Assembly: GCA_951406725.2 (NCBI GenBank)
Contig: OX597814.1
Location: 141,732,001 to 141,796,000, forward strand
Source of the DNA: Octopus vulgaris
Taxonomy: Eukaryota
Length of the DNA stretch: 64,000 bases
Direction of reading: 5' to 3'
In this document: piece after piece, positions 25,141-39,714 of the stretch
Numbering within the stretch: the stretch's first letter is position 1
Layout of the letters: each line of letters starts with the position of its first letter
The notes under the pieces: model-generated
Database searches by the model: none
Told to the model about the DNA's origin: nothing
The model's input: the letters and a program-made list of their open reading frames with translations, nothing else
Made by a program: the position numbers and the translations under genes

Positions 25141-26772
25141 TTTCTTAAATTTTATTTTATTATTTTTTAAGAGACCTATAGTAAGTTCACTTGGTGCAGC
25201 TCTCCTACTTTACGTAGTGGATTGGCAGAATGGTTAGAGCGTTGGATAAAATACCTTTTATTATTTAGTAATATCCTTTTCTTTTCTGAGTTCAATCCTC
25301 GTTGAAATCAACTTTACTTTTCATCCTTCAAATAAAATAAAGTACAAATAAGTACAAATCAAGTACTGCTGTCGATTTAAGCGACGATACACCGCAAATA
25401 TGGATTTTGTCAATGTTTAGCCCTAGGTTAACCCTAGTTGAGCAAAAAACATCACCAATGGCAACCCATCATTTTATTTTCCTACATAATGTATCAAGGA
25501 CTGCATCATCCAATTTGTCCTTTCTTAAGATGGTAGAATGGAAGTTAAGATTTGGTTGCTATTTCTAGCCTGGCCGCACGATCACGCGGGGATTCCGCGC
25601 CTCTCTATCTTCTCAGATGAAAAGATAGCCATTTTTCGTTGAAGGAAAAAATTACAAACACAAACAAACATTAAAAAAGTATATATTGGCGCATTTGAAA
25701 GACAGCGAACCAATACTTTGCAAAACCTGCTTTTAATCATTATTTCATTGTCGTAAAGTTGAAACTGCTTTCTCGACTCTGCCTCAGAGTTCGATAATAC
25801 CAGTAATGTGCAAGGATCGATGTAATCAATAGTATGATATCCTTAGGAAAAAAAAATAAAAACCCTTCGGTTTAGTCACAACAAAACATTGTTTTCGAAG
25901 GTGAAGTAAATAAAATCAGGCCAGTTGGGATTTTCGCAACTTGTGTCTCTTTGTCTTCACTTTTTCGTTCTTACGCTGTTGATGTTGCTATGAAGGAGAT
26001 ACAGAAAAAGATAAATTCATTGAACATATAAGAGTTTCTTTCAAGAATGTGATAGATGCGAATAATGACAGCTTCCAATTCTCTCTCTCTCTCTTTCATA
26101 CACACACACACACACGAACACAATTATATCGGATTTTACATTCCGAGTTCAATTCTCGCCGAAGTCAACTTTGTCTTTTATCCTTCCAGGAACGATAAAA
26201 TAAGTACCAGTCAAGTTTTGCGTTGGCTGGTAAAATAATAAAGCAGCTTCCCTCAAAATTGCTAACCTTGTGACTAAATCAGTAACTACACACAAAAAAA
26301 TTCAACGCATATTATAAGCGGCATGTTACAAAGTGACCCAAGGGCCGAGTGTTTCGTACATAAACACTTATAATACATCACTTTCGTTAAGCGCCTATAG
26401 ACGAAGCCCTTGAGAAACTTTGTAACTTTTGACGAAGTAGTAACATACATAAACACTTTGTTTATTGTTTCCTCACCTGCCTGTACTTTTCTGTGAGTGT
26501 GTTTTTTGGTACAATTTTGAACAACACACACACACAGTGGTCACAATGCCTTTTGACAATTTCAAAAAGCCATTCCGAAAAATTTAGAAGAGGTGGCAAC
26601 AAAATTTTTTCTGCATATTAATATAATTATTAAAGTTTTTTTTAAAATGATATTAATAGTTTTATTGAGTTATGTGTTTGTTTCAGACCGCAATTAATGT
26701 TGTAATTTCAATAAATTTTTCTGTTTATCTAATGACTCTGTGGACAACCTCTCCCTCTTTCTCTCTCCCGAA

Positions 26773-26851
26773 TCGAGGTAAAGAATAGGCACACCGCCCG
26801 TTTTCAGCGTAACTAACTCTGAACAGCGGGTGTGCGTATTCTTTACCTTCG

Positions 26852-26852
<1 letters not shown>
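26773..26852. other. 80-nt hairpin (pre-miRNA-sized, or a tiny MITE)
   Basis: TCGAGGTAAAGAATAGGCACACC..TTCAG pairs with CTGAA..GGTGTGCGTATTCTTTACCTTCGA around an ~11-nt loop. Confidence 0.5.
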
Positions 26853-26882
<30 letters not shown>

Positions 26883-27195
26883 GGATGCAGTTGAGCATCG
26901 GTAACCTGCTGGAAAAGATGTTTTCCTGGGTTAAAAAAAAAAGGCCTTACCGTAACAGTGTCCTAACCAGTACAGCCAATTTACTTAAGCAAATAAATTT
27001 TACTCTGTACTACTGTTACTACTTTTCGCTCAGAGATTTAAAACTATATAAATAAATAAGGATAAGATCGATATTTAAATACCGATCTTATCAATAAAAG
27101 ACGAGAATAAAAACCTTCAAAGGTAATAATTACTAAGAGTTTTGACTGCTATTTCCAGCATGGTTGTATCTCTTAGATACCCTAAATTATAATTT

Positions 27196-27229
<34 letters not shown>

Positions 27230-27279
27230 ATCATTCGCTCTACAAGTTTGAAAAGCATTAGATATGGAACTTAATACCG

Positions 27280-30200
27280 AGTGTTTACTTATAAGCTCTC
27301 AGTCACACACACACACACATGTATACATGTTTATATCCTCTGTCTCCGCTTTTTGCCGACAGATGTCGCTCAGTGCTGCCGTCGTCAACGTTGTCGTCGC
27401 AACAGCAGCAGCAGCCACCCTGCCTTCTTCTGCACCAAAACATCTACACATAGGCTTCCCCAGACTTCAACGGATATATTAGCGAGTGTGTGTTTATGTT
27501 CGAAATTAACAAGAAAGCAAAAAAATCATACAAGAGATTTGCGACGATACGTCCGTCGCCAATTTTTGTCAAGATTGTTGTTAATGATCAAAAAGAATTT
27601 ATAAATGGGAAGTAAGAGGCGCAACACTTCAGTTGCTAGCAATTCGATTCTGTCACCCTTTTATTATAATAGTAATTATTATTATGAATTTGTTATCTTT
27701 TTTCTTATATCTCCGCCACGCAAAAGGTGATATTGTACTTTAAAAATGTTCGAATTCCAGGGAAGCTAGGAAACACTAGGATGGTATGTAAGGCAAGTTC
27801 TTTACTAATTTAGTTCCCGTCCCGTTCGAAAACGAACAAACATAAAAAAAAACAAAAAACATTTGAACATTACAAAACTAATAACCGTATCGGTACTGAA
27901 CACTTATGCAATGGGATAAAAACTAACTTTCTTCGTTATTTAAGATTAGGTAGGTTCTGATATACTTTTATACAATGTTTTCTATATTAAAATTAAGTAG
28001 TCTTTGCTATTTCCTGAATTTTTAACGTCACGTAATTGTTGTTAGATTGCATCGGCTTTCCTGTAAAATCAAATATGCGTGCGTGCGCGCGTGTAGAAAT
28101 GTATGTTTAATGAATGCAGTTAAATTAAAATTCAAAACCTTAGTAACTGATTTCGATAAATCTTCAGATTAATTGAGGACATCAGAAAATACCATGTTGC
28201 TATGTTTTTGTTTCTTTTCTTTTTTTTTTGCTACTGTAAACACATTAATGACGAATGAATTTCAGAAATGAAAATTAATTGCAGTAGTTAGTAATAATAA
28301 TAGCACTAATTTATTATTCAATAAAGACCTATGGAATTTATATTGCTATAAGAACTTTTTTTTTTTTTTTTGTTTAGATTCGGTATTTATTTTAGAGTTT
28401 GAATATGTCAAAGACTGATCTCGAGCTCCGTTTCTCTTCATTCAAACTCGTAAAAATATTCTCGAAAAATATATATTTATATATACCTTCTAGTATGTGT
28501 CCTAATTAATCCAGTAACATCTCGCTGTTGTATTTGTAACGACAAATTCTTTTTTTCGAGATGATATTGGTTGGAGAAAGTAAGCAATTTGGCTAGATAA
28601 TGGCTATCCGTCGTGTTCTTTAAGAAAAATAAAAATAAACAAACCGCTCTTTAAACTTTCATGAGACAAACACGAAAGCTAAACAAACCACATACACGCA
28701 AAAACGGAACTCACTACTTGATGTTTTCTCTCCGCTTTTCGAATGCTTACAAACTCGTGTTATTGAACCAAGAATGTTTTTAAAACGTGGTGATAGAAGG
28801 ACCAATCTGTTTTATTGGCGTCACGGTGATAGGAGAGAAATACTAGCGCTCCTTGGCGAAATAAATTAAGCAAGAGGCGGAGCAGTAGGAAACAGCATGC
28901 GTAAAATTCCTGCCTCCTCTCAGAATCATATATATATATATATGTGTGTGTGTGTATATGAATGGTATGAAACGATGCTTACACTATCTCTGCATATATT
29001 TCTCTTCTCTCCGAAAAAGCCTTCCCTACTTCTTTCTCGCCTTACCATTCGCTCTAATATCCAGCAAGACCCTTTCTTTCTCCGATTCCCGTTCTCGCTC
29101 TATTTACCAATGTCGTTTCCTCCCTCTCCTTCTCTTCCTCTCTTTATGTTTCGCTAAATCTCCCCCCATTACCCCCTTTAACTTCCACTTATCATCACCA
29201 CCACCTCCATCATCACTACCGCCTCCTCCATCGTCACGGCTCCTGCTACCGTTCGCTCTCTCTCTTTCCCTTTACATACCCCCATTCCCCCCCACCTAGA
29301 ATTTGGTTATTTATATGTTTTCGTTTTTTAATTCTTTCTTATCTTCTTGTTGCCATTCTCTATATCTGTCTCCATTTGTATGTTTATTCCTACTCGCTGC
29401 AGCAACAACTGTTTCCTATGGCTAATGAACGGAAAAGGGTTGTATACGGGACGTTCTCGCGGTAAGTAAAATTGTTTTGAAATTTCCACCACACTGTCAC
29501 TTTAGATTTGTCTTTCCTTCTTTTAATTTAAAAAAAAAAATATCGATTTTATTTATTTAAGCTTTTTTAAAAAATTTATTCACTTATTTAAACCAATAAT
29601 ATTTATTTCATAATCAAACCAACAGCCCGTTTTCAACTACAAGCCTACAAAACAAACTGTCAACAACAAATGCTTTCCTATCGAAAAAGTCTTTGATTTT
29701 TTTTTTTTTAAGTTTCCGAAATAATTATAATAATAATAATAATAATAAAAAGATAGCCATTGAAACATTCTTTTGGGTATTTAAAAAAATTTTTAATTCG
29801 TAGAGCTTTTCTTGTAAAAAAGAAAATACAACCGTGGTCTGCACCTAGAAGTGCATTCCACTGAGTAAATTATAAAAACTAGCAATGTTCGTTATTGTTC
29901 TTTACCCGTTGTTTCATTGGCGCCTTTGCTACACTAAATAAAATATTTTGTCTATAAAGGATATATATAAATGTTCTTGGTTGTGATACTGTCTGACTTT
30001 CTTGACTCTCCCAATGCACAAATATCTAACTAAGGTCGTTGTTGTGTGAAAGATTCGGTTTAGTTGTTTATCAAAACCTTTTCGCTAGTTGTTATCGCAA
30101 CTAGAATTTTTATTTTTTACAAATGTATTATATATTAACCATTAGGCGCACTGCCTTACTGAAACCCGTCAACCAGCACTTTAATGTATATAATAATTCG

Positions 30201-30500
30201 TTCCTACTAGTTTGGATATGATAGTATTTTCTCTGTGTTGTAGTAGTAAAGTGTAGTATTTGTTGCATCTGTCTTCACTGGATCCCGCTTTACTCGCTGT
30301 TGTATTGTTATCAAAAGTAGCGGTGGTTCCCACCAAGCGTCGAGTGACGCTAACCAGAACTTTTCGTCTGTTAAGTTTTCTTTTCCACTGTCGCGTCTCT
30401 TTGTACTCTTGTTTACCGTAATTTCGTATAACTTTGGAACAGGTGAGCCGACGAAGGATCCTCGTTGTCTCTCGACCTGCTAGACATAACAGTGAAAACA
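27280..30500 (+). promoter_or_regulatory. CpG-rich, transposon-poor promoter/5' region
   Basis: High CpG density, a pyrimidine-rich leader at 29000-29400, and donor-like sites at 29461|GTAAGT and 30442|GTGAGC. CpG-depleted intron-like DNA follows downstream. Confidence 0.45.
29418..29461 (+). CDS. Candidate coding part of a first exon of an unidentified host gene
   Basis: ATG 29418 (MANERKRVVYGTFS.) or ATG 29425 (MNGKGLYTGRSR.) is open up to a consensus donor CG|GTAAGT. It is too short to identify. Confidence 0.3.
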
Positions 30501-32954
30501 CGAAGTGGGAAAATGCCCAAAGTATTCTGTTTTACTATACCTACTCTGGTTGTTAGATTTTATTTGTAATACACTAAATAACCCCTTTTTTAAACTAACC
30601 AATTACACATAGTATAACACAAGGTTATCTTTGTCAATTTTTAAAAATGTATTTTTACCCGACGCCTTTTTTAAAAGGCGGGTCTTTATTTCCTCTTTTT
30701 CTTTATAATATTAATTTCGAATATTTATATTTACACTTCCTTTACAATTTCTTACTTCAAAATATACTGCTAGAATATTTTAGGTGACTCTTTGTACAGT
30801 TTTTAAAAGCTAAAGAATATTCACAAATAACTTCAAACTAATAATTTTAGTGCGAAAGACCCTATAAACAATAAGGGCAATAAAGCTGTTCTTCCCAACT
30901 TTGGCCGTCAGCTGTAAACAATGGTGACAAGTGTATTTTCTTAATGTTACACCAACTTTCACCAGTAGCAGTCACTAGGCGAAGTTGTTTGTCAATTTTT
31001 GTATATGGCCTAATATTTCGAATGACAATGTATATTTGCTTTTTTTTTTCCGAAAGAAAAAGCACCTGTTGGAAGTCAATTTAGTGACTACTTTCAAAGT
31101 ACTGGCGCGTTGTTCATTTTAATTTGCTTAGAAGTGAATGAGGGAGTCTGGACAAATTTTAGTTTGTTACTACACTTGTACCTAGGAAAATAAAACAAAT
31201 CTGAGAAAACGAACTGAAAAAAGTTATTCCGGGTATTGCCCAGGTTTTCAAATAACCGATTGAATTTCATGAGTCATGCTCGAATATTTTAGAATGCTTT
31301 TAAAATCTCCGAATCCGTATGTGGGAAGTGATTTTTCAAAATATTTCAGAGCAACAACAAAGTAGCGAAAGCAGCACCTAAGAAAAATACTGGAGTTTAT
31401 TCTGGAGACGAGAACGGAGCCTCCAAAATACATAATAAATTATGCTGAAACTCTTAGAAAGGAAGAAAGATCGCCGTGTATATGAGGAAAGCCCCCGTAC
31501 GAACTATAACTGCCGGTAGGTAGTTACTACCGTATCTTAATGGATTACAAACGAACGAGCTGTCTTGCTTCAAGGTCTTTTTTTCTCTTTTGGTCTCTTG
31601 CATAGCTTTTTCTTATTTCCTTGCATTTCTTTTGTTTTTCCAATACAGAAAGGTGTAATTATAAAACGGGGACGGCGAGGGAGTTGTTTAACCCCCAAGT
31701 CAGCCTTGAGTAACCCTGTAATCAAAGGTATTCCAGCCCTAGGCCATCTTGTTTTGTTTTATTTTATGAATGTCTATCCAAAGTTGGTAGAGAAATTTGA
31801 GGGAGATTTGGAATACTATTTCTGGCAGATCGATCGACCACATATACTTCCCTCGTTCGTGAATACGGACCGAAACTTGTCAGGATAGTAAGAAGAAAAA
31901 AGTTTACTTTTGTTTTTGTTTTTTTATTTTATCATAGATTAAATGTGAATCGGACTAGCTTATCGAGCTTAAATTGTCGAAAGCCTTTATTTGTAAACAA
32001 TAACAATTCTTTTTTTATTTGTCTTCAACTTAGTCGGGGAATATTTGTTGAATATAGTATATCGAATAGTGAGTGACATGGTTACAAACGTCTATGATTG
32101 TAAATGGAGAGAGAAGAAAAACGCTTCATTTGAATGGCCTTGGCAAACCTTGATTTTAGTTTCATGTTTGGTTGAACAGACTGAGGACCAAGGATATTCC
32201 AGCCACGACCATCCCATTTTTTTTTCTGTATGTCTAAGAGCTACATTTATCCAATGCATTACTTTTTCTTAAAAACGGCTGTTATTTCTAGCTAGTTGAA
32301 CGACCGTGTATAGAGCACCCCAGCTGTCGTTGGCTCGAGCAACAGTAGCTGTAATAGTGTTTTATAATGTATTGCCGCCGTTATAACTGGGAAATCTAAC
32401 ACGATTTACCTTCTCTGGAAGCTTTAATACAGATTCAACAAGTCTGCAACTGCTATGACTGACTTCCTCTCCCTCCACCCCCGCACACGCTTTGCTCTGG
32501 CCTCATTGATTCATTACTAATTGTAAAAGTGAATATTTATTTTTCTTCTTGAAAAAACAAACCGTATTTATTTACACGGCGATAAAAATAATTGAGCACA
32601 TCTGAATTCCAATTATGAATTTCTTTCATCTAAACAGTATATTGTAAAGAGGAGGTTGTAGATTGGATTTCTATAGATCACAGTATTTAATTGTATTTAT
32701 CGACGTCGTCGCTGTTATTTTTAAACCCAGGCCAACCATGCCAGTGTAGACTAGACCCATGGTCAAAGATTCTCCGGCCCGAAGGGTAATATCATACCAC
32801 GGTATCTCAACATCCTGTCTGCTAATTATTTAAAAAAAAATTAGTCTGGGAAGAAGGCAAAAATCGACTTGACCATAAAAGAATATGAAACGAACATGGT
32901 GTGCGTCGAACCAAAACCATATTCGACGCACATCTTGTCACCTACCACTATATA

Positions 32955-32985
<31 letters not shown>

Positions 32986-33359
32986 AATGTATACCTGTGT
33001 AATATGTATGTATTACTACTATGACTGTCTCTTAGCATGTTCCATGCTTTTGCTAATTGTTTTAGGTGCCTGCGTAATCACAAGCAGATGTAGGTACTAT
33101 TTGCCCTCCCATCAAAATGAAGTAGGTAGAGAGGGCTGGATGGTACTTCTTCCAGCTGATTAGACTTATCATAAAATGAAGTGCCTTACCCAGTTCAGAA
33201 ATCGAACCCATGTCCTTATGTTTTTGTATCCGACACTCTAATCACTTGGCCATGTGCCTTATCACTCACACACACACGCTTCTGTATATATCCAGTCATG
33301 CATTTAATGGGCTTCTTTACAAAGCCTTGTGAGTGGATTTTGTAGATGCCAATTGAATC

Positions 33360-33690
33360 ACCATCATCGTTTAACGTCCGCTTACCATGCTAGCATAGGT
33401 TGGACAATTTGACTGAGGTCTGGCGAACCAGATGGCTATACCAAACTCCAATCTGATCTGGCAGAGTTTCTACAGCTGGATGCCCTTCCTAATGCCAACT
33501 ACTCAGTGTAGTAGGTGCTTTTATGTGCCACCAGCATGGAGGACAGTCAGGTGGTACTGGCAATGGCCACAATCAAATGGTGCTTTTTATGTGCCACTGG
33601 CACAGGAGCCAGTCCAGTGGCATTGGCAATGACTTCCCTCGAATGTTTTTTCACGTGCCACCAGCACAAGTGCCAGTAAGGCGATGCAGG
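33360..33690 (-). mobile_element. SINE/LINE 3' end with RTE-type tail
   Basis: The reverse strand ends ..GGAAGGGCATCCAGCTGTAGAAAC..GCATGGTAAGCGGACGTTAAACGATGATG, with internal TGGCAC(A/G)TAAAAG repeats. Related pieces lie at ~1950-2300, 36270-36500 and 57110-57180. Confidence 0.7.
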
Positions 33691-36600
33691 TAGTGTGTGT
33701 ATTTGCGTGTACCTTTGTCTTGACATTATACTTGCATATGAGCATCACTGTCATAAGTGATGTTTGTTTTCAGATTTTCTTGAAAAACGTGTCTTTATCA
33801 TGTGGAAATATTAGTTTACTTGGAACAGGTGAGGGTTGGTGACAGGAAGGGCATCTGACCCTAGAAAATCTAGAACAAATTTTATTTGATCCATGCAAGC
33901 ATGGAAAAGTGGATCTTAAATGAGGATATTTCAAGTCCTCTCTTCGACATCCAGTAAAGTTGGGGTCAGTTGACATTACCAGATGATTGAATGTCACATC
34001 TTCCCAGTTTCATAATTGTGACAACTGGGGGAAATGTGATATTCATCTTCCATGAAAATGAATAATTTGAAATAAAGCAATTTCTACCTGAACCATTTCT
34101 ATGCTAAATTTGGTAAAATAAATGAAAAATCTGCCAATAACAGTTGGTGTTTCTACATGGTTGTTGACCTGCTAGAAATAGTCAAACCTAAAAATCACAT
34201 GTGATTAACTTTTGGGAAGGATGGAGGTTGAATAATGTATGTGATGTTACATGTAGTATTTAAAAAAGAAAAAAACTGGTTATAGCTTAAAAGATTTTGA
34301 CCATAAGTCTTCTAAGCACTGAAATGGGGCTAAACACACACACACACTGTCTTTCACTCTCGCACACATTTACACTCACGTCCTAATTTACTGCACCTGT
34401 TACACTTTCCACCATCATTCTAACCATGAGCTGGCTAAGCCTGCATTCTTGAATAGCTGGATGAAATTAAAGTGAAAAACCACTATCTTCAAGTACAGTT
34501 ATTTTCAACAACCAACAGAAATCTTGCAGCTTCATGCAGCAGTATCAACAACAAAGAATCATTTCAATGTGTAGTTTAAGTATTTTTAAAAGATGCCCTT
34601 AAAGAATCACAAGAGTGAGGTGAGCACTTTTATACTCTCTAGCACTTAGAGAACTACATTACGCTATTTTTCTAGTAGCAATTGAAAGTGAATTAGTGAA
34701 ATTTAAGCTTACTCTGCATAATGCTTTTGGTGTAATATAGCAAATGAATTTAATATTGACAATGTAGTTGAGAAGAATTCTCACATCTCAACTGATACTA
34801 TTGTTTCCTCTTTAATCTGATACCTAAATGGTTCCTAAATTTACGGATCTAAATCGGCTTTGTACAATAATCCAAAAACTTACTGCTGAAGCTATTTAAA
34901 TGAAATTACATCCATTATTCCATTAGCATATTTATTCACAGCCAGATACTTTTGTTACCATATTCCGTATTGTTTAGCATTGCAAGAGAAATTTTCAATG
35001 GATTGAAAACTAACTCCTTCTTGGTATGGAACTTCTCTTCAGTAAATCATAAAAAACAAAAGAGCAAAATAAGAACTGCTTTACCAAGAGAATATACCTA
35101 GAACGCCATTAACATTTCACTCTTTTCGAATAACACATTGGGTAAGCACAGCTTCATTAAGACTAAACACCGTAATAACTAACGAAGCTGTTCTCTTCTC
35201 TGAACGTTTATCATCACCCTCTAAATAATTGTTTTAATATCCATTTTTACATGCTTGCATGGGTTGGACAGTCAATTGTGGTAATCTTCACGTGGTAATC
35301 CTCACCTGTTTCCTAGCAAAGCAATATTTTCCCTCGGCCAGACATATTCTTGCATAAGACTGGAAATTAACGACAATGCTTGTGTGATGGCACCTATCAT
35401 TTATAACAATCATTTGACATGAAGACAAGGGTGTGTCCCCCCTCTCACTCACTCACTCTCTCTCTCTACCAAATCCACTAACAAGATTTTGGTGTTGATA
35501 TAAGACTATAGAAGACACTTGCCCAAAGTGCCACAGAGTGGAACTGATCTTGGAATTATGTGGTTGGGAAGCAAACTTTTTTTTGAAGATTTACAAATTG
35601 AACCCCCAGACACAAACTAAGAATAAAATTTCTGACATGTACTCTAATAATGTCGATTTTGTTTTTCGTGTTACATAAAGATGAATTAACATAATAGTAA
35701 TTTCCTCTATTCCTTGTTTAACTCTTTTGATACCAGTTTATCTGGTTCTAGATTCAAAACCTGCCAAATTTAAATCGAATCCTGATTATTATTCAAAAAT
35801 CATTTAAAAAGTGATAATATAACAGAAGGCCAGGAAGAATTCCTCATTAAGCTTTCAGTATTTAGTCTTGTACACCTCTTCTTTTCAACTTTACAGTATA
35901 AATTGATGAAGAAGTGTCTATGAAGCTGCCTGAATTGCTTGAAACAGTAGCCAAATGTACTTCATATCACATCACATTTTGAAAAGAATGGCATATGTAT
36001 TCAGTTCTGGGTGGAATTTGGTAGCCATAACTGCCTGAAAGTCTGACCTGTAATACTAACTTTTGCTAGGCCTTAAGTCTTACTAAATGGAAAAAAAAAG
36101 GCCATGCTGAGCACTTTTGCTTAGTCAAGATGATCACAATCTAAACAACTTCATATCCAATAGTCATAGCAAAAGATGAGATTTCTTTTGTGCATATTTC
36201 TGCACACTTAAATAATTTAAATAAAATTTTTAGGCTTTTCATTAAAAGAATTTTATGGTCTACTTTTCCTTTATTGGTGCTGGTGCCACATAAAAGGCAC
36301 TTGTGCTGTGTAAATACACCCATGCCAGTGGCACATAGGAAGCATCCAGCCAACTCTGTAAAGTAGCTGGCATTAGGAAGGGCATCCAGTCATAGAAACC
36401 ATGCCTCAGCAGACAATTGAAATCTGGACAGCTCCCTGGCTGGCCAGCCCCTGTCAAACTGTCCAACCCATGTCAGCATGGAAAATGGACATTAAATGAT
36501 GAACTGGAGGAATTGTAGTGTTTCTTAGACTAATGGATTGTCTCAGTATAAAGTATTGCATTCATTTCTCTGGCCAGAGGATTAACCCAAATGCTTACAA

Positions 36601-37089
36601 GACTGGACTCTGCTTGGCTCCCAAAAGCCATTGATAGGTTAAACTAGGCAATGATTTAGATCATATCACCCAAGGCATGATGACTGAACATTGTCTTCTT
36701 ACACATCCACATGTACTTGACATATCCACAACCAAAACCGACTGACACCAAAAAGAGTACTGGAAAGTTCTGGGAATTGATCCCATTCTAGCTTGTTTCA
36801 TCATTTGTTTATGATCCCTTTCTTACTAGATGGAAGTCTACATTTTTGATAAATTTGCAGCTTTAAAGATTATTGTACAAGGGCAGGGATAGTTGTTAAG
36901 CATTGTTGAATAACAAAACAAATTTGTTTTAATGTAGATCTCATATAAATTTATTTCCCCTTGAGTATTTTTTCTTGGTTCCATCAGTTGGTCATTTCTA
37001 CAATATAACCCAACTACTGTGTCTTGGATCTTTTCATGTCTTTAAAATGCTTAAGGCTGGTATTGATAGAACTTTCCAGTTCTATTAAT

Positions 37090-37139
37090 AAATTTTCAAA
37101 AACCATTTAATATATATATTAAATGGTTTTTGAAAATTT
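37090..37139. repeat. Perfect 50-bp palindrome
   Basis: AAATTTTCAAAAACCATTTAATATATATATTAAATGGTTTTTGAAAATTT equals its own reverse complement. Confidence 0.95.
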
Positions 37140-37725
37140 TCTGTATTATCATTGACAATAAAAACTAAAACTTAGAGAAAATTGCTGATGGTATGTTTGA
37201 GTAATCTTTCTTTAATTTGTAGTGGTTAGCACTGTAAACCTTTTAAATAAATCTTTGACGGTTACTGAGATACAAATATGATCTTGATTTAGGTAGAAGT
37301 GGTAAATTAGGCTTTGATTTGTGGCTAGCTTTCATTAGTAATATTTACCTACTAGATGGCTTTTTAAAAGCCATCTTGTATAACTCTTAGGTCATCTCAG
37401 GTAAATGCATTTTAGTCATGCACATCCTATTTATTTTCATTGTGCCTAAAAGTACATTGTACAATGCATCCTTAAGATATTAGGAAGATCTTAATTGTAG
37501 CAGCTCAAGAAACCATGTAGAACAGGGGTGAGGAATACTTCACCTGTGAACAAAATTTTTCCCATATTCACTGTTAGAATTGTGCTTGAAAAAACAAATT
37601 CTCTAAAATCCAAAATGTAAGTTTAGTACCTAGGAACGTAAGATTTGTTGCCCTTCTAGTGCACTCTATATGTTCTTGGGCAATTATTGAGTTTCCTTAT
37701 TCTGTAATGGTCTCTCACTCCTTAA

Positions 37726-37942
37726 CCCTTTAGTATTTAAACTGACCATATCTGACCCAAATATTCTACCCGTTTTATGTTCAAACTGGCCAGATCTGGT
37801 ATGTTACACCTACCCTACAATGTCATTCTAAGAATTAACAATTGCATCAAAATCTTAAAGCTACAAGATAATACATGACTAATTCAAAACAATGTGAATG
37901 AATTAGTGTAACATTTGACAGAATAATTTGAAAGATAAAGGG
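37726..37942. mobile_element. piggyBac-like MITE
   Basis: TTAA|CCCTTTA ... TAAAGGG|TTAA. Confidence 0.85.
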
Positions 37943-39714
37943 TTAATGTAAAGGATCTCTTTCTCTCTCTATCCCTCTCTCTCATAACTGCAGGACTTTA
38001 ACTTCTTGTTGACTGATCAATTTACAGGGTTAATTTTCTATATTTAACATAGTGTCAGTATTTGAAATGTGGGGATTGTAGATTTTAATACTGCCGTTGG
38101 TTTGAGTTTAAACTTGCCACTGTAAACACTTATTTTGTGATGTTAAGCGATAGATGATCTTGAATTCTTCCAAATGGGAATTAAAGAAAATATAGTTGAA
38201 AAGATTTCTTGTTTGCCACTAGTGTTAATATTAATTCTAACTTTGAATAAAATATTGATTGATTTTTATGGAATATGGATAACCACTCACTTGACCTACT
38301 ACAAATTGAATTGCATTTTAATATCCTTCCATTCCTACATTCAACAATTGTAGTGTTGTCTTTTTCTACCTTCCTTGAAATACTTCAAAGAGATGAGCAG
38401 GTGATGTTTTCAGTTAAAATTGCTGAGTTTATGATCATCAATGAAATGGTATTTCATAGCTTGATGAACATGAAAGATGGCTTTGTTGTGTTACATGCAG
38501 AGGGAAAGTTACCATTACAGTTCTTTTGATCTGATAAAAGATGACCTTATTCACTATAGTCATGAAATAGCTATTTCTAAGAAATGGACACTGCTACAGT
38601 TTTATTACTGTAACTAAATCTTGATATGCTTATTATTTATATTTGTCTTAGTGATAGGCTAAATTATATTTCTGTTTATGCTATCAGTTTAGACAGAAAG
38701 ACGAAGTAATCACCAGACTTCAAGTAAATCATCAAAAAGATACATTCTTTGTTCTTTTCAAAGCTGATTTTCGTAATGATTCTGTACTGGAAGGACCTGC
38801 CCATTCCATGCAAGCTTAAAAAAAGAAAAGAAAAAATATTGGGAGCATAAAAATATTGATGTTTCTGACTCTTAGCTAGTAAAATACTTGAATTTCCAGG
38901 TTTTATTTTTGTTTTGGTAATATAATTTTGTCACTTGTTAATAATTAATTCATTATTGTCAGATTGCAAACCAATTAGAAAATTCATATTATGTTTGCAA
39001 TTATCAAAACAAAAAATTTGTTTCTACTATTGAAATAAAATGCATGTGTATGATATGTTGGGATTAATGACATTGTAATAGGCTACAGGCCACAAGTTCA
39101 AATCATCTTAGAGCTGTGTTGGAAATTTTTTTTATCTAGGGAATAGATTTTACTATCTCTTAAGTGTTGGGTAGTTTCTAGTGTTTGAAGTCTGTCGTTT
39201 CCAAATCGTGCTTATTCAGCTCGGTACTAAATCTTACAAGCCCAAGAACATAAAAAAAAAAAAAAAAACCCAGCTGGAAGAAACTGGTTGTGGTTATCAG
39301 AACTCCACTCATGATAGTTTACTAATTTTATGTAAATGAAACCTTGATATTTAGCTTTGACTCTGTCAGAACTCTTGGTATTATTTCTGGATCTAATATT
39401 GGTTTCAGATTTTGACTTAAGGCTAGCAATTTTGGTGGAGGGTTAATTACATCAACCCCAGTTTTCAACTGGTACTTATTTTATCAATTCAGAAAAGATG
39501 TAAAGGCAAAGTCAACTCCAATGGAATCTGAACTGAATGTAAAAACAGACGAAATATCACCAAGCATTTTGCCCAGCATTCCTTATGGATGTAATATTGC
39601 ATGGCAACATCACTTGGGCAATGTATGATGTACAGAATTGTGGTGTTAGAAAGCTTCAATACAAATGAATTTAGTAAGGCAAATGATTAGTTGTTTTGAG
39701 GGATATATTTTTTT

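Noticed and set aside
27363-27482. Short ORF MSLSAAVVNVVVATAAAAT.. after an AG
   Set aside because: It is driven by GTC/GCA triplet runs, has no donor before the stop and no recognisable homology.
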